Shown: positions 1 to 13,070, numbered from the stretch's first letter. The stretch is 64,000 nucleotides of DNA from Octopus sinensis (GCF_006345805.1 NC_042999.1:63426001-63490000), one strand, 5' to 3'. Notes: generated by a model from the sequence alone, not told the origin. Program-made: numbers and translations.

Positions 1-1149
1 ATAGCTTCCACATTCGTTATTTTCTTTTAAATTTGATTTTAACATTTTGATTTAATTTTAATTTCTCAACTTTTCAAATGCTTAAATTTAAAGTTCATAT
101 ATATTATATCGTCCATCGAATAAAAATGAAAATATTGTTGTTGAGAGAGAGAGGCGGGGGGGAGAGCGAGAGAGTGAGTGAAAAAGAAAGAGAGAGAGAG
201 TGAGTGAAAAAGAAAGAGACAGAGAGTGAGTGTGTGTGTGTATAGATAGATAGGGAGAGAGGGAGTGAGAGAAAGAGAGAGAGTGTGAGAGTGTGAGAGA
301 AAGAGAGAGAGAGTGAGAGAAAGAGAGAAAGAGTGAAAGAATGAGAGTGAGAGAAAGAGAAAGAGTGAGAAAAAGAGAGAGAGAGTGAGAGAAAGAGAGA
401 GAAGTATTGTTCATTAATAAAGTGAAAAAGCTTTTGTTGAGAGAGAGAGAGAGAGGAAAATGCACTGTTTGATACCACTCCCTCTCTCATTGTTATTACC
501 ATTTTGCCTCTTCTCTTTTTTTTACTCTTACACTGCTACTTCCTTATTGCATGATTTTGGACAAACTTACAAACAAGCTCATTATTATAACAGATTATTT
601 TCATCAAATTCCAACCCGACACGTGTTTCTGCTGGAATCCTAGTGTCCTTTGATGTAGCAGTTATGTGCATTTAGTTGTTTTAAATTAAACCAGTTGCAG
701 TGTATATCCATTCAAAGGTAGAACGAAATCAGGACACTTATCCAACAGAAATGAGTTGGATTGGAATTTAATGAGGATAGTACTTTAATAAAAAAATTTG
801 AATTGGCATATTTCTCCATTCTTCTTGATGGTGTCTTGATTATATAATACACACACACTCTCTCTCACACACGCACACATGTAATTAATAATTAAAATAT
901 CGTCTGGTATACACCTGGTAGTTTGCTGGTAAAACATGTTCATTGGCTCAGTGTTCATTGATTATTTGATTAATGAGAGAGATGGAAAGATGGAAGCTAT
1001 GAGATATTTTATTGATCACTGGCATTAACGCCTCGCAGGTAGGTTACTGAACATCTGGTTTAGGTGTATCAGTCGGTGTAGATGTATCTCCTCAGGTGAT
1101 TTCAAGAGGCATCTCATTAAAATAAACTGTTTCACGAGATTTCTTTTTT

Positions 1150-2100
1150 ATTTTCATATATATAAATGACAAATTACAATATACAGTTTCATACTTATAG
1201 AAGATCCATAACAAATATCAGATACAAAAAGAAACAAATACACAATACAGCAAAAAAAGTATTAGATATAACCGTTAGTAGGTATGGACGTATAAAGGCC
1301 CACACATATCCGAGCCACATTAATAAATTCTGGAATAGGTCAGCTAGAGAGAATGCCTTCAACATAGCGACGGGATCATCCGACTCTGCACAAGTCAGAG
1401 ACATGGTCAGAATATGCATCCATTCATTAATACGGTCTTCATTTCTGAAAATCGGTGAAAGTCAACATAGGGATGATGCTCTATTCTTCCCGGACCAAAG
1501 AAGTAAAATACAACTAGAAAGTCATAGGAAACATTTCTTTAAACTATTTAAGAACTTCTGATTCAACATCACTATTGGAAAAGATTACCGTAGAGCAAAC
1601 TTCCTTGACATTACCTTCAGATTTCATACTGCATTATATGAACCTTATCATAAACCTAAAAACATTAAGTATATTAATGTAGCAACCAACAATCCACACT
1701 CTATAATATGAGGATTAGTTAGGGGTATTTTAATTAGAATTTCTAGACTATCCGCTACTACAGAAATTTATGAATCACATGCACCCTATTACAATACTGC
1801 TTTCACTAAGACTAGTTACCAAGAGGAAATTCAATACAAAGACAACTCTGGTATGCCCAACTCTGCCAATTCCACCACTAATAATACACACTACATACAA
1901 ACTCAATGTTACAGTAAGCGAACTGACTTGGATCGACCATACATGTCAAAAAGAATTAGTCAAGACACCAAACGACACACCAAAACTTCTAGGCACACAC
2001 AACCTAATCATACAGCAACTCATAACACAATAAATTGTCCTAACCCCATGTAACACACTAGAGCCAATAAGCCAAACAACAACTATAAGAATAATATGAA
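1150..2100 (+). mobile_element. Penelope-like element (PLE) reverse transcriptase fragment, degraded
   Basis: Translation gives NAFNIATGSSDSAQVRDMVRICIH...QHRDDALFF...RANFLDITF...YEPYHKP.NIKYIN...RISRLS...YYNTAFTKTSY, matching the PLE RT pattern FDVTMGSxD..GLYRDD..NFLDVTL..Y.PY.KP; contains stops and frameshifts. Confidence 0.75.
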
Positions 2101-4203
2101 ACATTCAACGCTTCCAAAAAAGTTTGTTTACAGTATGGTGTTGCATTCCAAAAGCTATGATATTTAGCATTTAATTTGATGGAGAGTGTTGTCAGTGGGT
2201 AGTTTAGTTTCATGGTAGAGTACTCAGCCACAGCTGTCTGCTGAAAAATTTTTTCTGTCTTATACCAAATCTTCCTGTTGTTTTCACAACTATACTGTGT
2301 TCAAAATACGGAAAGATGTCTGTGAGATAAAAGAAATATTGAGTCAGAATTGCAAAATGTTTGTCAAGACTTTGTAGGGGAGACCAAATTTTTCCACAAA
2401 GTCAAAAAGAAAAGAAAAAAGCATACACAGTGGTTGCAGGAGTGTGATAGGAAAAAACTTGAACTTGATCTTTTAATGAAATATAATGGGAATCTAAAAG
2501 TGCAAGTGTTTTCACTGAACAGTGACAACAGCCAACTTTCAGAAAGTAAATTTCAGCTGATCCAGGAAATTAATGAACTAAAGGCAAATATGTTACAAAA
2601 CAAAAAACAAAAAAAAAAAAAAGAGAAAGAAAGACCTGAGAAATTAATGAACTAAAGGCAAATATCTTATCAAAAAGAAAGAGACCCAGAAAATTAACAG
2701 ACTAAAGGCAAATGTCTTACAAAATAAAAATTAAAAAATGAACAAGATGAGATACAGCACAACATGCATAATACAATTGCTGTATAAAAGATGTACATTT
2801 GAACTCCGCTCTCTGGTTTTGCAAGCAAAGATGAGAAAGATAATTATTTGTGGTCACATGACTGTTTAAAGCATAGGCGGTATGATTGTGGCTCACTTTT
2901 TTCTGTGTGGACAAACTATAAATACTATTATTGAACATGTGGTGAATTTAGTTATACAGCTTTAAGTAGCCCAAGTCAACTCAAAATATCTCAGCTATTT
3001 GAATAGCAAACTGTACTTTATTTGTGTTCAAATGAAAAATTTCCACAAGATGTATCTTTTCTTGCTAACCCCATCATCATCATCATCATCATCGTTTAGC
3101 ATCCGTTTTCCATGCTAGCATGGGTTGGAAAAATATATTAAAGAAAAAATAAGTTATGCAGCTTTCAATAAATGCCAGTAATAAATATGTGTTGCAATTA
3201 TAAAGATATTTAAATGACAACTTGTCAACACAAGGCAAACAGAAAATTCAGTCTAGAATTGTTTTGTTTTTTAGTTGACAATCTCTACTAATTCATTTGA
3301 TTCCTCATTGCTCATAGGTAGTGCTATTTATGTTTTTTTTATTATTGCTCCCTTTTTAAAAAGTTTTATTTCTCATAAACATTAAATAAAAATATTAATT
3401 CTAATTAGGCAGATTTCATAATACTTAATATAAAGAAAATGCTATTCAATTTAGAATTTCTAACAAAAATGAAAAGGCATCAGTTATTGATTAATAAGAA
3501 ATGAAACAACATGAAGAACCAAGCTAAATTTATTATTAGAATAAAAATTAATTTTTCTGTATCACCTGAAAAAAAGTGGACTAGAATGAAAAATGCCAGC
3601 AAAGAATAACAATATTCTTAAGTACTTAACAAACCTGGGAAAATACAGGACAAAAAGTAAGCCTAAGATAAAATAAGAGAGCTTAAAATATTACAGCTAA
3701 AATAAAATTTGAATAGGTTGCCAATTAAGACCTCCACCAAAATTTCATGTGAATTTGTTTCAAACACTAACTTGATAATTACACAATGTTATTTTATGAA
3801 GTTCTTCATTATTTTTAGAAAATTAATTGAAACAAAAGCAGTGTATTTCAGCAGAAATATGGTAACAAAATGATTAAAAGGAATAAATATATTTATTTTC
3901 AGGTCTTGATGGTAATCAATTAGAGCAACTGGCATCAATTGCAGCAAGTAATTTAGGTCAGTAAGTTGTTAAATATTATTTCACATTAATTTATTTTGTT
4001 TTTATAAAAAAAAAAAACCCCAGAAATATTTCAATTAGTTTTATAAATTTCAATATTGTTGTTGTTATGGCAACAAGCTGGCAGAATCATTACCATGCCA
4101 AACAACATGTTTAAAGACATTTTAGCATTTCTTCTGGTCTTACATTCTGAGTTCAAAGGTCACCAAAGTGCCTTTCATCATTTTGGGTCAATAAAATAGT
4201 ACC

Positions 4204-4434
4204 TATTTCTTTATTACCCACAAGGGGCTAAACACAGAGGGGACAAACAAGGACAGGCAAATGGATTAAGTTGATTATATCGACCCCAGTGCGTAACTGG
4301 TACTTATTTAATCAACCTCGAAAAGATGAAAGGCAAAGACGACCTCGGTGGAATTTGATCTCAGAATGTAATGGCAGACAAAATACTGTTAGGCATTTCG
4401 CCCGATGTACTAACGTTTCTACCAGCTTGCTGCC
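4204..4434 (-). mobile_element. tRNA-derived SINE, family B (Meta/Nin-like central domain)
   Basis: Reverse complement matches the 12111-12342 copy (tRNA-like head, cctttcggggtcgat-type core, gtttagccccttgtgggt tail). Confidence 0.85.
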
Positions 4435-4499
4435 TTAGGTGAATAAAATAAGTACCATCAACCACTGGGCTGCTGTAATTGACTATTCTCCATTTGTAG

Positions 4500-4569
4500 G
4501 AGGAAAGAAATGATATCCTGCAAGCTTCAACAGCAATGGAAATGCTAGCAAATGAACTGCTATTACCTG
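4500..4569 (+). CDS. Candidate coding exon (EERNDILQASTAMEMLANELLLP), product unknown
   Basis: Pyrimidine tract + AG acceptor, GTATGT donor, only one open frame, phase 0-1; phase-compatible with 4845-5003. Confidence 0.4.
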
Positions 4570-4844
4570 GTATGTCTGCAAGTTGGGTAAAGAAGAATTG
4601 TTTTAATTGATGGAGAACCAAAATTGGCTAACACAACAAATAAGAATACAGCTCTCTCAATGATACCATGTGTGACTGTGGCATGTAACCACAAACAATG
4701 GCACATATTTTGGGAAGCTCTCTGATGCTTGCATCATAGATTATCACAATTCAAAAAAAAAAAAAGTGGAAATAATTTAGTTAAAAGAGAAGTGGGTTCA
4801 ATAAGGAAACAACATACTGTAAATGTATTTATCGTATATTTCAG

Positions 4845-5003
4845 GCATTTGTGCTTCAGCAACTCAGCCCTTTCTACATAAGAAGCTCGTCTCATGCTTC
4901 GCAACTTTTTTTCTGGATTCCTGCAAATATTTGTGTCCTATGGAAATGGTACTGCAAAACTACACATGTCACAATTTTACACTGCACAATGGCCTTCTGG
5001 AAG
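4845..5003 (+). CDS. Candidate coding exon (GICASATQPFLHKKLVSCF...HNGLLE), product unknown
   Basis: tttcag acceptor, AAG|GTGAGT donor, open frame, phase 1-1; no recognisable homology. Confidence 0.4.
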
Positions 5004-5779
5004 GTGAGTCAAAAAATCCTCCTCCTCCTCCTCCTCCCCATCTGCTTGTACTCTATAGCAACACCATTTAATTAATTTCTTCATAAGCACATCTGAAATA
5101 CACAAATCAGTAAGACATAGGAGGTTCATATCATGGATCTCAAATTCATAATCACTGCTATAGATATTTTGCTGTGTTTTTTTTTTTAGATAGGACACTT
5201 GGTAAATTCTGAATTATGTTAATATTCCTAGCATTGTCAACAAGGTATTTCTAGGAAAGTTATTTGTCATAGAGGGAAAGGGAAAAAATTTGACAAGTCA
5301 GTCAGTCACCGGCTGACACTCGCTGATGCTACATTGAAGAGGCCAGGGAACAGAAGAAAGAAGAAAGAAGACATGCACCCAACACCAGAGCTGAAGACAC
5401 CTCTGAAAGGGGGGCCCCCGCCACGTCAAAACAGTAGAGGAGTAGGGGCCAAAACCGGACGTGGTTCCTCCTGATGATGTCTTGAGCTAACTGGATCCTA
5501 TAAAGGAGCTATTGTGGTAGCAGACCACGAAACACGTTTGTAATTCCTCCTATGCAGGTGTGGAGGAGATTTATGTCTTATGTGATTACAACAATATATT
5601 TAGGAGAGAGCATTTCCACCCACCCACTGAATTGGAGCAAGACCATCAGCTAGCATAGAACAAGTATTGTTGGTTTAATCAGTTCACAATATATTGTTGA
5701 TACTTATTTTATTTATCATAAAGATAGACAAAATTTGATTCTGGCAGGATTTGAATTTGTAAATAGATTTTTTCTTTTA

Positions 5780-6085
5780 TTTATGGGCCCTTTTCAAGCC
5801 TAGCCAGGCTCATGGGCCCAGTTTCTCAGTTTCTGTGGCGTATGTGTTCCCCCCCCCCCCAGCTGGACAGGACGTCAGTTCATCACAGCATTACTCAAGA
5901 AACAGGAAGAAAGAATGAGAGAAAGTTGGGGCGAAAAAGTACAACAGGGGTCGCCACCACCCCCTGCCAGAGCCTCATGGAGATTTAGGTGTTTTCGTTC
6001 AATAAGCACACACAACGCCCGGTCTGGGAATCGAAACCGCGATGCTCTGAACATGAGTTCGCTGCTCTAACCACTGGGCAATTGC
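5780..6085 (-). mobile_element. tRNA-derived SINE, family C (V-domain-like)
   Basis: Head gcaattgcccagtggttagagcagc; central actgacgtcctgtccagctggg resembles the V-SINE domain; related copies at 7258-7530 and 49421-49520. Confidence 0.75.
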
Positions 6086-7257
6086 ATCTCCATATATATT
6101 ATTGATACTTATTTTATTTTTTATAAAGGTAGACAAATAGATATTTGATAAATATTGTTTATCTAGCATTCTACCAAAAACACATCTGCAGATGAACCTT
6201 ATCAGCCACTTGTCTCCAGAATTCTTTTTCCTGCATTGCTTTTGGAAGTCACTCTCAGTAGACCAAATTCTTCAGTCAGTTGATCAACAAATGTCCTGGC
6301 AGGATGACTGCTTGCTCACTTTCTTAGTGGTTGTTCTCGCATCAGCATTTCATTTGCCACTTTATCCTTGCTATAAAAGCAGCGTTCATGAAATCTCAGT
6401 CTTTTTTCCTTTATGTTAAAAATATTAAATAATACTTATCCTCATTCCTCAATGTAGTAGTAGCAAACTTCAGTTGAGCTGTAATTGGGATATTGTTCAT
6501 TAGAAAAGCGATGAATTTAATAATTTTCTTTGTAGTTTGTTTCTCCTATAAGAAATTATTTCATAAAGTGAAATAATTATCACTTAAACCTGATCTCCTT
6601 TACAAAATAAATTGTTTTAATTATTAAATTAACACTCTAAGTAAGCTTCTTGGCTCTGAGTAAACTTCTTCCTTTGAACACCTCTGTTCAGATGCTGTAG
6701 TATAATGTCAGTTGACATCAGAGAACCTATTTCTATTTTTTGCATCAAAATACAACTCCAGAACATTCTAGAATATCATGCTTTTTTTTTGGCCAGACTT
6801 TGCCTCAAGGCAGACCACTAAAAGACTTTCTCTCACATTTCACCTATATGTATATTTCTTTTGTATGTCTCTTTTTTCCCTCTCAAACATAGGTATAAAT
6901 ATATAACAGAAACAATGTCTTTAAATATAACATGTTTATATACAAGTCATATGATTGAACTTTTCTCCAACACATTATAGCAATCTTCTGATAATAAAAT
7001 AACTAGAATAAATGTGTTGACAAAGAACATATCTTTATTTATTTCTTCTTCATCATTCAGCATCTTTACCATTATGTTCTTTATCACTCAGCATTAAATT
7101 CCAGTTGTATATATTCCATTTGTTTTATGTCCATGATATTTTTGTTAAGTATGAACAGCTATTGCTACATGGTAATGAGACATGGGCTGTGACTACTGAG
7201 GATATGCGAAGGCTTGAAAGAAATGAAGACTGTATGGGTAATGTGAGTATGCATATG

Positions 7258-7530
7258 GAGGCACATGGCCTAGTGGTTAGAGCAGCGGACTCATAGTCGA
7301 GGGATCGCATGTTTGAATCTCAGACCGGGCAATGTGTGTGTTTATGAGTGAAACACCTAAGCTCCACGTGGCTCCGACAGAAGGTAATGCTGACCTTCTG
7401 CTGACTCTTTCCTTCTGCATCTTGCAGCTCATCTGCGACGGACCAGCGTCCCGTCCAGGTGGGGAACCTATACGCCAAGGAAACTGAGAAACTGGCCCTT
7501 ATGAACCAGTCATGGCTTGAGAAGGAACAA
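7258..7530 (+). mobile_element. tRNA-derived SINE, family C (V-domain-like)
   Basis: ggcacatggcctagtggttagagcagcggactc head; ctgcgacggaccagcgtcccgtccagg V-like domain. Confidence 0.75.
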
Positions 7531-7942
7531 ACAAACAAACATCAGTGTGCATATATGACAGATTCTGAGTAACTTGAGAGAAGAACTGGGTATATGTGGC
7601 ATCAGATGTAGTGTAATGCTGTCAGGTAATACATATATGGCTGAAGACAGTTGCATCAGGAGGTGCCAATCTCTAATTGTGGAAGGTGTGATATTGCATC
7701 AGTTCAGGGACCTATATTTAACCTCATGGCTACATTGGTTCTGAGTTTTTTTTTTTTGAATGGTTGTGGTGTGACTTGAATGTTTTGAATGGCTTAAAAA
7801 ATGGTTGTAGTGTGTGTGTTTTAATTGGTGTATTGGTTGGTCAGCTATAGGCACAGTATTCATTGGTCATATTGGAGCATTATGAAGCAAAAGTATATTT
7901 GTCAAGTTGAAATACATTGTTACATTTTTTTTTTTTTTGCAG

Positions 7943-8148
7943 TCAAAGTTGCTGAATACTCCGTAAACGACCGTAGTCTTTTATATCAAAGCAAAAGTTT
8001 TATACAGTTAGCAGCAAAGAGTACCACAAAATTTAACTATACATTTCAGGATTACTACACAATCTTTGAAATAAAAAATATAAGTGTAAACGAAATATGT
8101 GATACAAAAAATATAAGCATCCATTTTGAAAATGATTTAACCGTGACG
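7943..8148 (+). CDS. Exon of discoidin(F5/8)-like / mucin-stalk membrane protein, N-terminal half of the extracellular domain
   Basis: Long T-tract + GCAG acceptor, ACG|GTAAGA donor, open frame VKVAEYSVND...FENDLTVT with N-glycosylation sequons; phase 1-0 joins 13163. Confidence 0.7.
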
Positions 8149-8410
8149 GTAAGAGCCATTCTTCATAGAATCTCTTTGCAAATTCTCCTTTTATATTTAT
8201 TTTCACTCATTTCTTCCAATTTATTTCTATATTTAAAAGTATTTATTGCATTATATTGGTTTAGCATGTGAAACTATTATATGAAGGTGATATAAGCATA
8301 ATCCCTTTAAACATTGTTTGCTCCAGGATATGTGAGCAGCTTCTACAATATAATTCCAGCTTCTACAGTGCTTTGATGAAATTCTTTTGTTTTTTTGAGA
8401 CAAAATTTAT

Positions 8411-8775
8411 TTCCTCCACCTTAGCGAAGGCAGAGGTGTTGTTTTTAGTCATGTTTGTTTGTTTGTCTGTGGACAGGATATTTCAAGAACCGCTGGATGG
8501 ATTTGGATGAAACTTTCAGGGATGTTTGGCCTCATGACTGGCACAAACTGATTAAATTTTGGGATTAATTCAGTGCCAGACAAGGATTCTGGATTATTTT
8601 CCCTATTTTTAAAATTAATTTTGGGGAGCGGGCCAGTTTCATTTTTAGCATTCTTGTTTGTGAGAGCAGTCTAGTTTATTTCAGATATTCTCGTTTTAAA
8701 AATCATCTCTGGCTAATCATTGAGAAGACGTTGGTGTTGGCTTGGCGGAGGTTTGCACTCTTTGAGTGCTCTTGT
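8411..8775 (+). mobile_element. Helentron-associated (HINE/DINE-1-like) non-autonomous element
   Basis: 5' ttcctccaccttagcgaaggcagagg, internal tttg/tctg repeat, 3' ttggcggagg followed by the stem-loop gcactc-ttt-gagtgc. Confidence 0.6.
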
Positions 8776-9029
8776 TGTTCAATGTGTTTCTGAGCAGGAT
8801 GTTATTTAATTTGCTGTGTTTCTGAATGTTTACAACCTATGCTGAATTTTGGCTAGAAATGGTAGTGTAACTAGTGGTACATCCCCTACAAACATTGATG
8901 TTACCATTTGTGGCTTGCCTGCAACCAATGACATATATTGACATTCACTGTGCTAGTTCTGTGCTTTCAAATTTCTTAAGAATAAAAAATCTTTTATTTG
9001 ACAAAACAGGTAAGGACATAGGCATGTAT

Positions 9030-9100
9030 GTATGTGTATATATATTTATATATATATACATATATATATATATACATACATACATACATATATATATATA

Positions 9101-9132
<32 letters not shown>

Positions 9133-9142
9133 AATATATATA

Positions 9143-9212
<70 letters not shown>
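9030..9212. repeat. (TA)n microsatellite
   Basis: Directly visible. Confidence 0.95.
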
Positions 9213-9214
<2 letters not shown>

Positions 9215-10208
9215 TAGTTGGTGTACCTGGTAATTCCCGAGGGTAAAGATGTTCTATTGAAACGCCTTATTACTCTGATATAAGAAAGCAATTTCATTAT
9301 AACTGCCACAAAAGGTATATTTTCTATCTCAAAAAAGTACAAAAACCTGTCAGCTGGAGGAGGGAGAGATTGTTGGAGGTTGGCGAGAGAGGTTTTCAGA
9401 GGTTGGCGATTAAGAGTGTAGGAGGTTGGTGAGAAAGATTGTTGGAGGTTGGCAAGTGACAAAGACATTATTCTGCTAAGCGAATGTATAACTGCTGTCA
9501 TTCACAGAAAAACTATTGTTTTACTGTGAGAAAAGCGTTGTTGAAGTGTTAAGTGAAATTTGGCAATCGAGATCGAATCCACGCTATGCCTGCATGAAGC
9601 CACTACAAATACGTTGTGGAATAAAAAATTTATCTATTGTCATGGAAAAAGTGTAACTGTAAAACTGCAAAATTATCGGAGTAACAAGCATTCGAAAAAG
9701 TAGGTATGTATAGAAATGTATGAATGAAGTCCTTAATGTTTAAGATTCAAATTAAGGAAGTGCAATAATAATGTTTAGCAGTTCAAAACTGTGAGTAGTG
9801 AAATGTAGAATTTGGTCGGCTGATTGTGAGAATCAAATATTGATCGCTTCCCTAAAATCTGCAAGTGGTATGGGTTATTTCCCCTGGGTTGTTTAAATAA
9901 AATATTAGTAATATGTAGTAAATAGAAGAATCCATTGGAAAGGGCCTACTATCGATTTTTTTCAAGAATCTAAGTTTGTCATGAGGTTTCCAGACATGAG
10001 TTTTACTCATGTGTCAAATAAAGTATAAACGTGATATTGTCTGCAAAAATTAGAAATAGGACACACAATAAATAAATAGTCAAAGTAATCGAACATAAAC
10101 AATGAAATGGGTTATTTCCCTTGAGTGTTTAAAAAATATTAGTTATATGAGGTAGATATAAAGGTCCCTTCCAGGGGACGTATTATCGATTTTTTCATCA
10201 ATCTAAGT
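9213..10208 (-). mobile_element. Helitron-like non-autonomous element
   Basis: On the minus strand it ends ...accctcgggaattaccaggt-acaccaa-CTAG|t (subterminal hairpin + CTAG); carries a ~100-bp internal direct duplication (about 9872-9975 and 10109-10208); 5' end uncertain. Confidence 0.5.
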
Positions 10209-10377
10209 ATTACGGAGATGTACTTGCATAGCAAGTGATATATATATCCAGTGCAGACCCTTCAGCTTACAGTGCCCTGGTCGAAGTGCCCAACCTGTGC
10301 TAGCATAGACAATGAACGTTAACTGATGATGATGATGATGATTATGTGTGTGTGTATATGTGTGTGTGCGTGTTTGT

Positions 10378-10539
10378 ATCAAAACAGTTTGATTCAAATT
10401 CATTGGTACTTCAAGTTTCAAGCATGATGCAAATCCACAGCCATTGAATTTCCAATGAAATTTGAATTTCCAATGGCTGTGGATTAGCATGACACTTGGA
10501 ACTAGGGGTGTCAACGAATTTGAATCAAACTGTTTTGAT
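10378..10539. mobile_element. Palindromic MITE-like element
   Basis: 24-bp perfect terminal inverted repeat atcaaaacagtttgattcaaattc plus complementary inner arms. Confidence 0.6.
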
Positions 10540-10842
10540 CCATACATGTAACTCCCAATAGATGTGTTGACCACCCTTCTTTCATTTGTCCACTCACTCG
10601 TATATATGTGTGTGTGTGTGTGTGTGAATGTATGTATATATATATATATATATATATACAAGACCAAAAAGGGTCGGAGCAATCTCAAGATTAATCAGCC
10701 GAAATTGTGAGGATGATCCGGTTCTTGACTGAAGATTGAAGGCTTCGAATGTCCCGTCCGTGTTTTTTGTATTGTCTTCTAAATGTTTTGCGTTCTTGTC
10801 CCAGTTTGTATTTTTTAACATATATATATATATATATGTATA

Positions 10843-11500
10843 TCAGGTTGAGTAAAAATAAGCAACGTTTTGAACCATGAAGAATTTGTACCGAATTTTT
10901 GCAGAGTTAGGAATTTTGAAAACATATTTTGCAAATTGTTTGATAATACAGACATAGACTTGTCCAAATGCATTAATAAATTAAAATTGAAATCTTTTTC
11001 ACCATTGTTACAATCATCTGAAATGGAACTGTGAAAGTATTCAAGTAATTTTGCGATTCAACTTCAAAAAAGGACGTAAAGCAGCTGAAACTGCTCGCGA
11101 TATCAACGAAACATTTGGTAAGGAAATGATTAGAGAGTAGTCAGCTAGAAAGTGGTTTAAACGATTTCGCAGTGGAGATCGTGAGCATAGTGGACGCCCA
11201 TCTGTCATCGATGACGGTTGATTAAAGACCATCATTGGGAAAAATCCACATAAAACCACATGGGAACTGGCAAAAGAACTTCAAGTTAACTAGAAAACGT
11301 CCTGCAAGCATTTGCATGCAATCTGAAAACCAAAAAAGCTCGACAAATGGGTACCACACGATTTGAATGAAAATCAGAAAATGGGCAGATATGAAATTTG
11401 TTCGTTGCTTCTTATCCGTAATCAAACCAATCCATTGCTCGAACGTATTGTAGCTTGCGCTGAAAAGTTTTTCGCAGTGGTTGGACCAAAACGAGACACC
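10843..11500 (+). mobile_element. mariner transposase N-terminal fragment (pseudogenised)
   Basis: FKKGRKAAETARDINETFG...KWFKRFRSGD...SGRPS...KWVPHDLNENQK...ERIV; begins TA|TCAGGTTG. Confidence 0.85.
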
Positions 11501-12590
11501 AGAATATACTGGATGCTTTTACGCAGTACTGGCATGGGAGCTCTTACACAGATGATTTTTACATAGCATCAGCATCCAGGAGTCCACAAGGTTAGGATCA
11601 TTCATTTGAAGAGAGATGTAGGGGACATGCCTGTATGCAAGGACAGCCTTGATTTGGCCCTGCTTGATATGTAAGAAGAGTGTTAATAGAAACTCCATAC
11701 GTTGTACCCAGTGCAAACTTTGGACACATAAGAGGTGTAATGGTATCACAGGAAGGTTAATGGAGAAAATAGTCTTTGTGCATGGCAAATATGCAGGTAC
11801 AATAAGCATTAAAAACCTCAAATGCTCAGAGGTATCATTAGAAGTTGAAGATAGCTTCTGTTACCTAGTGGACCAAGTCAGAAATGGAGGAAGAAGTTCT
11901 GAAAGTGTAGTTGCTAGAATAAGAAGGGGTTGGGCACAGTTCAGAGGCCTCTACCTTGTTGGTAACTAAGGGTCTCTATCTTAGAGTGAAAGGCAGGTTG
12001 TATGATGCCTGTTTATATACAGTATGTTACATAGCAGTGAAACATGGGCTGTGACAACAAAGGAATTGCAAAAGCTTGAAAGAAATGAAGCTAGCATTTC
12101 TTTAGCATAAAGGCGGCGAGCAGGCAGAAACGTTAGCACGTCAGGCGAAATGCTTAGCAGTATTTCGTCTGCCACTACATTCTGAGTTCAAATTCCACCG
12201 AGATCAACTTTGCCTTTCATCCTTTCGGGGGTCGATTAAATAAATACCAGTTACGCACTGGGGTCGATATAATCGACTTAATCCGTTTGTCTGTCCTTGT
12301 TTGCCTCCTCTGTGTGTAGCGCCTAGTGGGCAGTAAAGAAATAAGAAATGAAGCTAGCATGCTCTGGTGGATAGGTAGTATTAGTGTGCATGCATGAGAG
12401 AGTGAAAAAGATTTAAGAGGAAAACTGGATATAAAAGTCATCAGATGTTGTGTGCAAGACAGAAGGCTGTGCTGGTTTGGTCTTGTGATGCATATGGATG
12501 AGGATACCTGTGTAAAGAAGTGCTGAGTTCTAACTGAAGAGGGAAGCTGTGGAAGGAATATACCCCGGAAGACATGAAGTGGAAATGACA
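11500..12590 (+). mobile_element. RTE-clade LINE ORF2 C-terminal fragment with PHD-like Cys insert, interrupted by a SINE
   Basis: WPCLICKKSVNRNSIRCTQCKLWTHKRC...FCYL...VARIRRGW..FR...LHSSETWAVTTKELQKLERNE...RLCWFGLVMHMDE. Confidence 0.8.
12111..12342 (+). mobile_element. tRNA-derived SINE, family B, with 18-bp target site duplication
   Basis: aagaaatgaagctagcat duplicated at 12080-12097 and 12343-12360. Confidence 0.9.
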
Positions 12591-12916
12591 AGGGACCAGG
12601 AGTTGTGATGATTTTGCTGTACTTGAAAAGATATGCCAAGCTAAATAAAATCACGTTCTTCCATATTTACTGGTCTGTACTTTGTAGGTGCTGGTAACAC
12701 ATGCAATGCACTTGTACTGGTACTGCATAAATGCACCCATGGCGGTGGTATGTAGAAAGCACCCAGCACAATATGTAAAGTGGTTGGCTCTAGGAAGGGC
12801 ATCCAGTCATAGAAACCATGTCACAGCAGACAATTGGAAGTTGGACAGCTCCTTGTTAAACTATCCAACACATGCCAGCATGGAAAACAGACATTAAACG
12901 ATGATGATGATTATGG

Positions 12917-13008
12917 TGTGTGTGTGTATGTGAGGGTGTGTGCATGTGTGTGCGTGTGTGTGTGAGGGTGTGTGTATGTGTGCATGCATGTACGTATGTG
13001 TGTGTGTG

Positions 13009-13070
<62 letters not shown>

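Noticed and set aside
88-502. Long ORFs rich in L/S/F/H, and similar YI/CV/RE/YLSI ORFs throughout the track
   Set aside because: Translations of (GA)n, (TA)n, (TG)n and (GATA)n microsatellites; no coding signal.
460-675. ORF beginning with a hydrophobic, signal-peptide-like stretch
   Set aside because: Directly follows (GA)n and has no donor site. Its ILVSFD motif looks more like a PLE RT remnant.
1040-1130. Minus-strand CTGAGGA with ACATCT/AGATGT stem
   Set aside because: GAAA half of the core is missing.
5465-5545. CTGATGA...GAAACACGT motif
   Set aside because: Partial stem II only; stem I does not pair canonically, so it was not called as a ribozyme.
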